DNA from: the human T2T-CHM13v2.0 reference genome, Homo sapiens
Reading direction: 5' to 3' (one strand)
DNA length: 64,000 bases
Assembly (NCBI RefSeq): GCF_009914755.1
Contig: NC_060938.1
Under the pieces are notes generated by a model. The model was not told the DNA's origin and did not search any database. It was given only the letters and a program-made list of their open reading frames with translations. Both the position numbers and the translations under genes were made by a program. Shown here piece after piece: positions 1-12,944 of this stretch; the first letter of the stretch is position 1; each line of letters begins with the position of its first letter.

Positions 1-565
1 CAAAATGGGAGAAATTAAAAACACTCAATTCTTTATCTATTTCCAAGTCTTGGCACCCTTTGGCTATTGCTTTTTTCCCTATAAAATTGTTTCCTTAGAT
101 ATTTCTAAAATCTAGAAATATTTCTGAACATATACCTTATAATTTTTATTTTTAAATATTAATAAAATGTGATCATACAATATCATATTGTAGTTTGTTT
201 AGAATCCAATATGATTTTTAGAAGCACAGTTTTATTCAACCAACAGATAGATAATCAGAACCATTTGGTCAAAGAAGTAAATAATTTTAAATATGGTTTG
301 ACCTTAATTTTATAAAACTATTTTTGTGATTTATATAACATTCAGATTAATAAACTAACTGAAAATTATAATTGAATTTTTAGAATACTGTAAGCAATGT
401 TTTTATTTATTGTATTTAACATTACTTTTACTTACCATTCTTGTTGCAAAAAAAAAAACCTTGTCTTTTAGAGAATACAATGATATTATTTACATTAATT
501 CATGTGGCTTGGTGAAAAAAAATGCTATAACTCCTTTACTTAATGGGATTCTTCCCCTGTGGCAG

Positions 566-673
566 TGCAAACGGTTAGAGCAGGAGCTTCATCATGTGAA
601 AGAGCAGAACCAGACTTCAGCAAACAACATGAGACATCTGACTGCTGAAAACAATCAAGAACGTGCTCTGAAG
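566..673 (+). CDS. MIPOL1: MIPOL1 internal coding exon (108 bp, phase 0/0), coiled-coil region
   Basis: Acceptor cttcccctgtggcAG (564-565) and donor AAG|GTAAAT (674). Translates CKRLEQELHHVKEQNQTSANNMRHLTAENNQERALK, which I recognise as MIPOL1, and joins in frame to exon 53915-54009. Confidence 0.93.
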
Positions 674-2175
674 GTAAATCTCCGTTCCTTCTTGCAGGCA
701 AATTAAGGTTGTAAGCCCTTGGTGCCAGCTTTCTGTGCTGCATATATCAGTTGTGTACATTTCAGCAGAAGTGAGCTGTGGTGTTTGCCAACAACCCCTT
801 CTTTAAACACAGATACAGCACCCTTTTGTTATGGTATTATTTTATTTCATGTATGTGTACGTGAAAACAACACATTTTCTGAATTTTGAGTGGTGGTATA
901 TTAATAACTTTTGGTAAATGTTTATTCTGTTTCTTTTTTATATCATTACCTTTTGTAGTTAATAAAAAGTGACCATACTAAAAGAAAAAAAATTAAATCA
1001 TGGGCCTTTGCTTTGCATCAATATTTATTATAATAATTTTTAAAAGGACTTGTAATATTCACAGAACTGACAGTCCTTGAAGAATATGTGTTTGGGAAAT
1101 GAATATGTGTTTGAAGAGCGTGTTTGGGAAATGAAGAGGTACTTAGAATGTTACAATAAAAGAGAGAGAAAGATGGTAAATAATAAATTCAACTAGAACT
1201 TTAAACAAGTGAAATACACATTTCATGACAAAAAGTTCTGTCTCATTGTATTATAGATCGAGTAATTATGAAAAAGGACATGGTTTTAATTCTACTAATT
1301 GTATTTTTTTCTTAAGGTGCTTGTGACTTTTCATTCTACTTTTTATCTTTTGCCTAGTTCCCAGTATAGTGCCTGTACACAGTAGTTGTCTCTACCCTCA
1401 AGGTGCTTGCATTCTCATGCTAACCTGTTAAGGTTTAAAAAAAGAAATCCATGAGAAACAGAAAAGATTCATCATTGTTTTTATTGTACAATAAGAAAAG
1501 ATTTGCTACCAAGAATATTATATTCTACTTTGCTGTCTTAAATTTGTTTTTTTGCTGCATATTACAGAGCAATATCATGGCATTAGCTGTGTAATTCACT
1601 AAGCTGGAATCATGTACCAAAATTGAGGAAAATGGTGACATTTTAATGTAGAAAATATTTTTAATCTGTCTAAGAAGTATGAGATTTGGTGGAAGTCAGG
1701 TTTTTCCACAAAATGTATTTAACTTCATTTTGATATTCTTAGTGGTAGGCTTATAATAACTTTGTTATATTTGTCTAATGCACTTTTCTTCTTTAGATAG
1801 ATGAAAACAATACATGAGAAAGGAACAAATTATAGATTGCTGTGATTATTTCTAATTACCCCCAAGGAATTTACTATTTTATGAAAACTAATAATAATTT
1901 TTAAAATGTATACTTGCAAAATAGAAAACAGTATTTGAAAAGCAGCTTCCATAATGTGTGCTAATTTATTGTCAGTGTTAGGGGACAGATTTAATGGGCT
2001 TAATATGATATGGCAGTCTCCATTTAAAACAGCACCTAAGATAAAAATTCTAGTTTGTTAAGTATATATTAATTTCATGATCTTTATTCTGGCACTTCTG
2101 GTTGTGTGTTTCTGTTTAATTTAATGAAATGATAGCTGCTATTTATGGAGAGAAATAAAGAAATAGATGGAATAA

Positions 2176-2393
<218 letters not shown>

Positions 2394-3522
2394 TAAGTTG
2401 AAAACAAATATTAAACCCTCATAAGATAGAAATTTCTGCTAACTGAAGACTACTATCTAATTTAAAACAATGTAGCTATATTTTCACTCTTGACAAATAT
2501 ACTATATTAAAATCTTTTCTAGTTGCTCATTTTTTTTTGCAAAAGTCTGAAATTTTTCTGTTGTCTTTTAATCCTTCATAACATTCATTAATAAGCTAGC
2601 TTAAATTCTTGGTGAAGATGAGAGGAAGAATTAATTTTTTAAAACTCATCAACTCAATCTTTTTTAAGCATCTGTGTTCATTTAAGCTTGTTTTAAAATG
2701 GTCTGTCTTGCATAACACTGACTGAATAATTTTTTATTAATTTTATGCCATATTTCCTCATGAGAAGCTCTAAAGTTGTTCTGAAAATTAGGTCAATTAT
2801 AAAACATTTGCTTTATTCTGAATCATTTTTTAAAAATTACTCTTACCTTCCAGGAAGTTTTTGTTTTTTATTTGATGCATTAATTATAGCACTATGTACC
2901 TTTAAGTTGTCATATGAGTTATGAATAATAAGTTTACTACCAAGCTATCTGGTGAGAACAGTTTGCCTCCTTTCTGAGCAATATGTTTATCTTTTACAAC
3001 TTATTTGTAAGTATCATTTTTTGGTTAACTGATTTAATATTTAGTTAGTATCTAATAAGTGTCAGGAACAACTCTTTAAAAACGATTCACTGTCTCTAAA
3101 GCTTTCAGTCTGCCAATAATATTTTTAGTATTTTATTATAAATAGTACTGTTATTAATATCACTATTAAATTCAACTTGAGTAGGGTAAAAACTGAGCAA
3201 TTCATGGTTTATTTTATTGAATTACACTGAAATTCCTAAAGGAATTTCAGTTCTAGAGATATATTTGGGGGAATACAATCACAATTAATGGTCATAGATT
3301 ACATGGAACTTTCCAAAATAATTATGGCAAAATCAGTTATCACGTAAGGAAATACTTTTTAATAATCTAGTGTCATTTTAATAATAATGTCTTTATTTGT
3401 TCTAATAACCAGAGATCTTTTTCTAAATGACTTTTTATGGTAGAGACTAAGATTAGATTTTTGGTGATCATTTATAAGCATTCTTTTTAACATAGGAGGC
3501 AATTACACTAGATAATTTTGCA

Positions 3523-3919
<397 letters not shown>

Positions 3920-4042
3920 TTATACTGATACTAGTATATATTCTGAAAGTTACTTTTTTTAAAAAACAGCTTATTTTCTTGTTTAAAGTAAATTTTTTCT
4001 ACTTATGTTAAGAAATTAGTTTCTGGAAGAACATGTTTTTGA

Positions 4043-4354
<312 letters not shown>

Positions 4355-4450
4355 TTAAACATATAATGTTTTTAAAATAAATTTGCATTAGATGTAAATA
4401 TGTAGACATCAAACTTAGTAAGAAAATTCATATATATTGCCTTTCTATCC

Positions 4451-6232
4451 TTTTTTTTTTTAAATTATACTTTAAGTTCTGGGGTACATGTGCAGAACAT
4501 GAGGGTTTGTTACACAGGTATACACATGCCATGGTGGCTTGCTGCACCCATTAACCCATCATCCACATTAGGTATTTCTCCTCCCCTAGCGCCCCAACCC
4601 CCAACAGGCCCCCACGTGTGATGGTCCCCTCCCTGTGTCCATATGTTCTCACTGTTCAACTCCCACTTATGAGTGAGAACATGTGGTGTTCGGTTTTCTG
4701 TTCCTGTGTTAGTTTGCTGAGAATGATGATTTCCAACTTCGTCCATGTCCTGCAAAGGACATAAACTCATCCTTTTTGATGGCTGCATAACATTCCATGG
4801 TGTATATGTGCCACATTTTCTTTATCCAGTCTATCATTGATGGGCATTTGGGTTGGTTCCAAGTCTGCTATTGTGAACAGTTCCACAATAAACATAAGTG
4901 TGCATGTGTCTTTATAGTAGAATGATTTATAATCCTTTGGGTATATACCCTGTAATGGGATTGCTGGGCCAAATGGTATTTCTAGTTCTAGATCCTTGAG
5001 GAATTACCACACTGTCTTCCACAATAGTTGAACTAATTTACACTCCCACCAACAGTGTAAAAACGTTCCTATTTCTCCACATCCTCTCCACCATCTGTTG
5101 TTTCTTGATTTTTTAATGATCACCATTCTAACTGGCATGAGATGGTATCTCATTGTGGTTTTGATTTGCATCTCTCTAATGACAGTGATGATGAGCTTTT
5201 CTTCATATGTTTGTTGGCTGCATAAATGTCTTCTTTTGAGAAGTGTCTGTTCATATCCCTTGCCCACTTTTTGATGGGGTTGTTTGTTTTTCGGGGGGTA
5301 AATTTGTTTAAGTTATTTGTAGATTCTGGATATTAGCCCTTTGTCAGATGGGTAGATTGCAAAAATTTTCTCCCATTCTGTAGGTTGCCTGTTCACTCTG
5401 ATGGTAGTTTCTTTTGCCGTGCAGAAGCTCCTTAGTTTAATTAGATCCCATTTGTCTATTTTGACTTTTGTTGCCATTGCTTTTGGTGTTTTAGTCATGA
5501 AGTCTTTGCCCATGCCTGTGTCCTGAATGGTATTGCCTAGGTTTTCTTCTAGGATTTTTATGGTGTTAGGTCTTATGTTTAAGTCTTTAATCCATCTTGA
5601 GTTAATTTTTGTATAAGATGTAAGGAAGGCGTCCAGTTTCAGTTTTCTGCATATGGCTAGCCAGTTTTCCCAACACCATTTATTAAATAGGGAATCCTTT
5701 CCCGATTGCTTGTTTTTTTCCAGTTTTCTCAAAGACCAAATGGTTGTAGATGTGTAGTGTTATTTCTGAGGCCTCTGTTCTGTTTCATTGGTCTATATAT
5801 CTGTTTTCCTACAAGTACCATGCTGTTTTGGTTACTGTAGCCTCGTATAGTTTGAAGTCAGTTATCGTGATGCATCCAGCTTTGTTCTTTTTGCTTAGGA
5901 TTGTCTTGGCTATGTGGGCTCCTTTTTGGTTCCATATGAAATTTAAAGTAGCTTTTTCTAATTTTGTGAAGAAAGTTCATGTTAGCTTGATGGCGATAGC
6001 ATTGAATCTATAAATTACCTTGGGCAATATGGCTATTTTCACGATATTGATTCTTCTATCCATGAGCATGGAATGTTTTTCCATTTATTTGTGTCCTCTT
6101 TTATTTTGTTGAGCAGTGGTTTGTAGTTCTCCTTGAAGAGGTCCTTCACATCCCTTGTAAGTTGTATTCCTAGGTATTTTATTCTTTTTGTAGCAGTTGT
6201 GAATGGGAGTTCATTCATGATTTGGCTGTCTG
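4451..6232 (-). mobile_element. 5'-truncated L1PA element (3' UTR and end of ORF2), ~1.8 kb
   Basis: Reverse L1PA 3' end (ttatactttaagttctggggtacatgtg). ORF 5313-5732 is L1 ORF2p ([23 protein letters not shown]). Near-TSD tctatccttttt (4444) / tctacccttttt (6233). Confidence 0.93.
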
Positions 6233-6270
6233 TCTACCCTTTTTAATAATTATTTTCATTATTATTATAA

Positions 6271-6536
6271 TTTTTTTTAGATGAGTGTCTCACTGTGTCA
6301 CCTAGGCTGGAGTCCAGTGTCACAATCACAGCTCACTATAGCCTCAACCACCTTGGCTTAAGTGGTTCCCCCACCTCAGCCTCCCACATAACTGGAAGCA
6401 CGGCATGTGCCACCATGCCCTGCTGATTTTTTTATTATTTGTAGAGACGAGGTCTCAAACTCCTGGGCTCAAGTGATCATTCCGCTTCGACCTCCCACAG
6501 TGCGGGGATTACAGACATGAGCTGCCATGCCCAGCC
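6271..6536 (-). mobile_element. Alu (AluJ-like)
   Basis: Diverged reverse Alu with ctcctgggctcaagtgatc. Confidence 0.88.
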
Positions 6537-6759
6537 TCCTTTTTAATTTATTAATTTACCTTCCTACTCACACATTTCCTTCCTACAGTTGGAACTGTCC
6601 AATGTAATTCCATTGAAAGTGAATCTTCCTTAGATTATAAAAGAGCTCTGATTGTTAATAAAACTTTGATATTTATTATGTATTATCTTTACATCCCAAT
6701 CAACCTAAGAAGAATAGCTCATTTCAGTCTTGTTGGGTCCCACCCTCTTGACACACTAG

Positions 6760-6925
6760 TTTTCTTTCCTTTCTTCCTGTTCTCTCTTTTCTCTTCTCTA
6801 CTCTTCTCTTTCTTTTCTTTCTTTCTTTCATTCTTACCATGTTACCCAGGCTGATCTCAAACTCTTGGGCTCAAGCAGTTCTCCTGCCTCAGCTTGCCAA
6901 GTAGGCAGTTACTCCTGTGACTGGC
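6760..6925 (-). mobile_element. CT-rich low-complexity tract plus Alu/FLAM fragment
   Basis: Pyrimidine tract followed by ccatgttacccaggctgatctcaaactcttgggctcaagc. Confidence 0.7.
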
Positions 6926-7074
6926 TTTCTGTAGTTTTCTGTCACCATATCTCCATTTTTTTTCCTCTTTGTTTGCTCTTCCTTACTTAGTCTTAATTGG
7001 TGGTGCTTATTTTTCCATCTATTTCTAAAGAATAAATGTTCTCTGGGTTAGTTATTTCCTTATTCTTATTTTTT

Positions 7075-8000
7075 AAAATAAACTTTGCTTTTTAGAGTAG
7101 TTTTAGGTTCACATCAAAATTGTAAAACACAAAGTTTCCATATATTCACTGGTCCCACAGACATACAACCTCTCCCACTATCAACATCCTGCACCAGAGT
7201 GGTACATTTGTTATAGTTAGTGAACCTACATTGACACATCATTGTAACCAAAAGTTCATAGTTTACATTAGAATTCACTTGGTGTAGAACATTGAGTGGC
7301 TTTTGATAAATGTTTAATGTTATGTAGTCATTATAGTATCATGCAGGACAGTTTCACCGCCCAAAATATCCTCTGTGGTCTGCCTGTTCATCCCTCCTGA
7401 CCAGCTTTTTGCTGTTTCCATAGTTTTGCTTTTTCCAGAATGTCATATAGTTGGAATTATAGAATATGTGGCCTTTTCATATTGGCTTCTATAACTTAGT
7501 AATATGCATTTAAAATTCCCATATATCTTTTGATGGCTTTATAGCTCCTTTTTTTAAAGTGCTTAAAATATAGGGCTTTTTTCTCTCTTGCTCAAAAAAA
7601 AATCAGGATATAGTTGCTTAATGTTCTGTCAGTGACTTATGGGCTAAGAGGTTTGCTGGTGCTAAACTCTTAGCACCAGCTAAATCACATTTAATTGTGT
7701 GGATATACCACAGTTTATTTATTCAGTCATCTACTGAAAATCATCTTTGTTGCTTCCAAGTTTTGGCAGTTATGAATAAAGTTTCTATAAACACCCATGT
7801 GCATTTTGTTTGTATGGACCCAGGTGTTTTCAACTCATTTGAGTATGTACTAAGGAGTGCAATTTCTGGATCATACGTAAAAATATGTTTAGTTTTATAG
7901 GAAACTGCCAATTGTCTTCCAAGATAGTTGTACCATTTTGCTTTCCCACCAGTAATGAATGAGAGCTTCTGTTGCTCCATATTCTCACCAGCAGTTGATG
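7075..8000 (-). mobile_element. L1MC-type 3' end fragment with an internal insertion at ~7555-7695
   Basis: ttttaggttcaca...caccagagtggtacatttgtta...gaacctacattgacacatcat resembles the reverse L1MC1 3' UTR. Confidence 0.75.
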
Positions 8001-8798
8001 TTTCTTTTTTGTAGTCTTCTCAATTTAATCTTTTCCTATGGCATCACCTATCATTTTTGTCCTAATGACTCTATGTCTGCTCTTCCACTTGAATATCTTA
8101 ATGTCTGCTTAACCACAGCAAATTTGAAACCAAATGCCTAATTTGACTCTGTAAGCCTTCTACCCGGGAAGGAGTCAGGACCTGAGTCAAACACTATTGA
8201 CTTTATAACTCAACATTTATTTCCAGTCATACTCTCCTTTGCATGACTCTGCTATAGACACTGGAAAAGTTAAATACTTTCTCAGCTTTTCTTTTTACCA
8301 GTGAGACATAAAAGCGAATCTGCAGCAGTAGGGGAGGAGGAAAGAGGGGCATCTTTGTAAAAGTTTTTGTTTTCCTTAGATAAGGGCAGATGAAGTAAAC
8401 ATCACTCCTTCCTCCCTTCTTATTACATGCTGTCTGAAACTGCAGCAGTCATTTTATAGTCATGAGACAAAGGCCAAGGGTAGCTGGCTGTAACACCATT
8501 GAACCTCTTAGCCAATGAGCCACTGACAGAACGTTAAGCAACTATATCATCAGCAACTTTTTGGGGGGCAAGATAAAATAGCCCTATATTTTAAATCATT
8601 CTTTATGGTTTTCTATTATTTACTGCCAAATTGGTCTATTAACATCTATCAATTAATGGTACTACCATCCTTCTAGGCATGTAGGCTAAGACAGTTGATA
8701 TAATCTTCATATCCTCTCAAGCTTTCCCCTGCCAAAAAGCAATTCAGCATTCAGTCTTGACAGGAGTGCAGTGGTTATTTCTTTCCTATTTTTATGCC

Positions 8799-8915
8799 TT
8801 TTTTTTTTTTTTTTTTTTTAAGAGACAGGCTCTTTCTTTTTGCCCAGGCTGGAGTGCAGTGGTATGATCATAGCTCACTATAACCTCCAATTCCTGGGCA
8901 CCAGTGATCCTTCTG
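8799..8915 (-). mobile_element. Alu right-arm fragment
   Basis: Poly-T followed by agagacagg...gcccaggctggagtgcagtgg. Confidence 0.85.
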
Positions 8916-9029
8916 AGTCCAGTATTACTGAAGCAGAATGTTTGACAAAAGTAGCTGAAATCTTAAACTCTGACTTTACTATTTTTAAAACTTTTTAAAA
9001 TTAAAATTATCTTTAAAAATTTACAAGTT

Positions 9030-9670
9030 TATTAAAATCATAATGAGATATCATGTCACACCAATTGAATGGCTAAAATGAAAAAATACTGATATACTAA
9101 ATGTTGACAGGATGTGGAGAAATTGAATCTTTCATACATTGCTGTTAGGAGTGTAAAATGGTACAGCTACTTTGGAACATTGGCAGTTTATTATAAAGTT
9201 AAATTTATACTTACCATATAACCCAGCTATTGCACTCCTGGATCTTTATCTCAGAAAAATGCAAATGTATTTTAACACAAATCATGTACATAAATGATCA
9301 TAGCAGCTTAATTCATAATTGCCCAAAACTAGAAAGAAGCCAAATTTAGTAGGTCAACAGATGAATGTCCACACAATAGAATATTACTCAACAATAAAAG
9401 GAAACAACCTATTGATACACCCATGACTCAGATGGGTCTCAAGGGCATGATGCAAAAGCCATTCTCAAAGGGTTAAATTTATATGATTCCATTTTTATAT
9501 AAGTCCCAAAGTGACAAAATTATAGTGATAGAGAAAAAAATCAGTGGTTGCTAGGAGTTAGGTTTGGGAACAGGCTATGACTATGGAAAGGTAACAAGGG
9601 GGTATTTCTTTATAGTGATGTAACCATTCTGTATTCCCATTGTGGTGATATTAAAATGTCACAGACTTAT
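9030..9670 (+). mobile_element. Old L1M 3' end fragment
   Basis: ORF2 C-terminal and 3' UTR motifs (gttgacaggatgtggagaaa, acccagctattgcactcctgg, atatgattccattt). Confidence 0.75.
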
Positions 9671-9675
9671 ATGCC

Positions 9676-9802
9676 GGGGAGGAGGGAAGGAGGAAAGGGA
9701 GGGAGGGAGGGAAGGAAAGAATGTAAGAAGGAAGGGATGAAAGAAAAGAGAGGGAGGGACGGAAGGAAAGGAAGAAGGGAGAGGGAGTCAAAGGAAAGAA
9801 GG
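9676..9802 (+). repeat. GA-rich low-complexity (GGAA/GGGA)n tract
   Basis: Near-pure purine run ggagggaaggaggaaaggg... Confidence 0.9.
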
Positions 9803-10039
9803 TACTTTCCTAGCAAAATATACAGGCCACTAAAATTGACTTAAGAAGCAGAAAAGTAGACGGATATATTGAAACAACTGAAAAAGTAATTTAAAATTCA
9901 CTGTATAAAAAGGCACTACGACTATATGATTTAAAAAACGGATCCTATTTACTACTTAAGCCAAGATCATTCTAATGCAATCTAAACAAGACCACAGTGA
10001 AAGGTAGAAATTTATATCATTCATTAAGCTAGTAATCCT

Positions 10040-10730
10040 AATATAAAAACTGATACAGCCGAAACAATCTTGAAAAAGAACAAACTTGGATGACTCACGG
10101 GTCTTGATGTAATGCCTACTACAAAGCTACAGTAATCAAGATAGTATGGTAATAGCATAAGGACAGACATACAGATAAGTGGAACAGAATTGAGAGTCCA
10201 GAACTCAACCTCATACTTATGGTCAATTGACTTTTGAGAGGGGTGACAAAACAATTCAATGGGGATAAAAATAGCATTTTCAACAAATGGTCTCAAGACA
10301 ACTGGCTATTCATATGCAAAAGAATGCATTTGGATCCATACCTCATCATACAACATACAAAAGTAATTCAAAATTTTTCACAAATCTAAATGTTAAAGCT
10401 AAAACTATAAAACTCCTAGAAGAAAAAACATAACTGCAAATTTTTGGGTCCTTCAGTTAGGCAAAGCTTTCTTAGATCGAAACCAAAATCCCAAGCAACA
10501 ACTAAAAAACAGTTAAGCTGGGCCTAATAAAAATATAAAACTTCTGTGTTTTAAAGTATACCATCAAAAATGTGAGAAAACAACCCACATAATGGGAAAA
10601 TTATTTACAAATCATATATCTGGCAAGGAACTTATATCTAGAGTATATAAATCTTATAACTCAGCAAAGAAAAGGCAAGTAACCCAATTCAAAAATGGGC
10701 AAAGTATCAGAACAGGCATATTTCTAAGGC
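10040..10730 (+). mobile_element. Old L1M ORF2 fragment
   Basis: tactacaaagctacagtaatcaagatagtatggt...tggaacagaattgagagtccaga, typical of L1 ORF2. Confidence 0.85.
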
Positions 10731-12643
10731 AGTGGTAGCTTTGTCATTGCAATTTCAGTTCATTGGTGGTAGTGGAAGCCTTGACTCTTGTAAATGGAAA
10801 GTTTAAAAGTAGAAAAATGTAAATTTTTTTTGAGGAGCTCAGTTATTAAGTAAAAGTGGGAAGGTTAGTGTATAATGTGTATGTAATACTGAGGAAGATT
10901 TGTTTTAAAGAATGAAGAGTGTAACAAATCTTTTTTGTTGTCTACTCAAATTCATTTACCCATCCTTCAACCATTCTCTTTCTATAAGAAATCTGATGCA
11001 TGGCCGTGTAACCCAAAGCCACCTAATGACCTTGAGCTATATGGCCTGGTTTGAAAAGGTAGTAAGTCAGATTACTCCTTCAATAATTTGGAATTGGGAT
11101 ACTGAAAGGGAAGGGAGCTAAGTCAGTTTTGAATGCTAAACCAAATGATCATGAAGTAGGCCTGGGTCCATGTAGACAGCTGTAGACTATGGGCAATCTG
11201 AAGTTATGAAGCAGTCAGTTGGAAAAGCGGAGAGAAAGAAGTCAGTATATAAAGAAAACACCAATTTTTGAACAAGGGAGATGGGGAGAAATTCTGCCTT
11301 GGTTTCTAACAGCGTTCTGTTCCCTTGCCAGCCTTTGTTTTCCACAGAATAATTTTTTTCTCAAGAGAATGTCTTTCTTTACAAGCAAGACTCTCAGCTA
11401 GACCAGGTTTACAGTCTTTGCATACCAAATGTGGAATTGCTCTAACAGCATTCATTGTGTGCTGTCTAAAATGAACAACTACAGTGAAAGGTGATTCCAT
11501 GGATTATAACACCAGGTATAGTCAAATCATTATAGCCTATGCAGGTTCATCAAGTCCATCAAGACACAATAAAGACTGATGAGATGCAGATGAAACAACT
11601 GTGAACTATAACCTCTGCCATGAAAGGAATACTGAATTACTGTGAGAAATTTCTGTGGAGATTATTTATGACAAATGTAAATGTAATACTTATGATACTT
11701 GCATATAATTGCTTTTAACATTGGTTACTAATGATGTTTTTCTAATTGGGAGTTTCATAGTCAGTGTTGTTTTAGGAATTTGATACTTTATTTTGATAAG
11801 TAATGATAGAAATATAAAATTACATTGCAAGCTTCCTTACAGGAACTGTTTTATACATTTTGTAATATGCCACAAATTTTAAAAAATGAATACTTGAATG
11901 ACGGCACAAATTTTTAGTAGGAGGCTGAATTTTAGGCCCAACAGGCAGATGTATCAGTATGTTAACTGACTTTGGATAGATCCTGGAATGCTTTTCCAAC
12001 CTTTGTGTCACCTGGTCTTTGTATCCAGCATTTTCTCTGATGGAAACGCTCTATATCGTCTGTTCCCTTACTTTGTTCAGCTAATACCTACTTATCCTTT
12101 TTTCAGTTTGGCCACAGTACTTCAGGGAGAGGAATTTGGGTGGTAGAATGAAATTGTTTTCATAAGAAAATGTTCACTGACCTGGAAAAAAATTGAATAT
12201 GTAAGACTCTCAGTGTTCCCAGGTCTTCCTCCTAGGCCTTTCCTATCTCTGCCCACATCAATAGTAGGTACCTTCATTACTATCTTCCTCCTTACCTTCT
12301 ACTCTCATTGGTGATAGTGGAAGCCTTGACTCTTGTAAATGTAAAGTTTAAAAGTAGAAAAATGTAAATTATTTTCTAAGGAGCTCATTATCTTCTCCCT
12401 TCTTTTTCTGACCCTATTGACTTTTCGTATTACAATGGCCAAAAGGGTGTAGAAGAGCAGGTGTCTCTGATATATTTTTGGAAACAATGTCCTGGATAGC
12501 TTTAAAGACAATACCTAGCAGAGGTCAGGTTAGGTAATAAATATAGGTTAAAGGTTCTTTACAAAGGCATGTATTTGAATAATCAAAAAAATGTTTCCAA
12601 AATAATAAAATCTGGCCCAACCCAAAGTCTACTGAATTGGAAT

Positions 12644-12944
12644 TTTTTTTTTTTCAAGACAGGGTCTCCTTCTGTCACCCAGGCTGGAGTGCAGTGGTAC
12701 AGTTGTAGCTCACTGCAGCCCCAATCTTCCAGGCTCAAGTGATCCTCCCACCTCAGCCTCCTAAGCAGTTGACACTATAGGCACACACTTCTGTGCCCTG
12801 CTAATTTTTTTTTTTTTTATTTTTAGTAGAGATGAGATCTCACTATTTTGCCCAGGCTGGTCTGGAACTCCTGAGCTTAAGCTATCTTCTCAGCTCAGCC
12901 TCCCAAGGTACTGGGATTATAGATATGAGCCACTGTGCTTGACC
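12644..12944 (-). mobile_element. Alu (AluJ-like) with TSD
   Basis: Reverse Alu; TSD tgaattggaat (12633) / tgaattagaat (12945). Confidence 0.92.

Noticed and set aside
410-706. 98-aa ORF as a stand-alone gene
   Set aside because: Only 566-673 is exon; the rest is intron that happens to be open in frame, starting at a TTG.
680-715. Acceptor-like ccttcttgcAG|GCAAAT just after the donor, resembling the next exon's start GCAAAG
   Set aside because: Only 25 nt from the donor, too short for an intron; the similarity ends after 5 nt.
5004-5732. ORFs of 87 and 139 aa as host genes
   Set aside because: L1 ORF2p fragments of a 5'-truncated L1PA.
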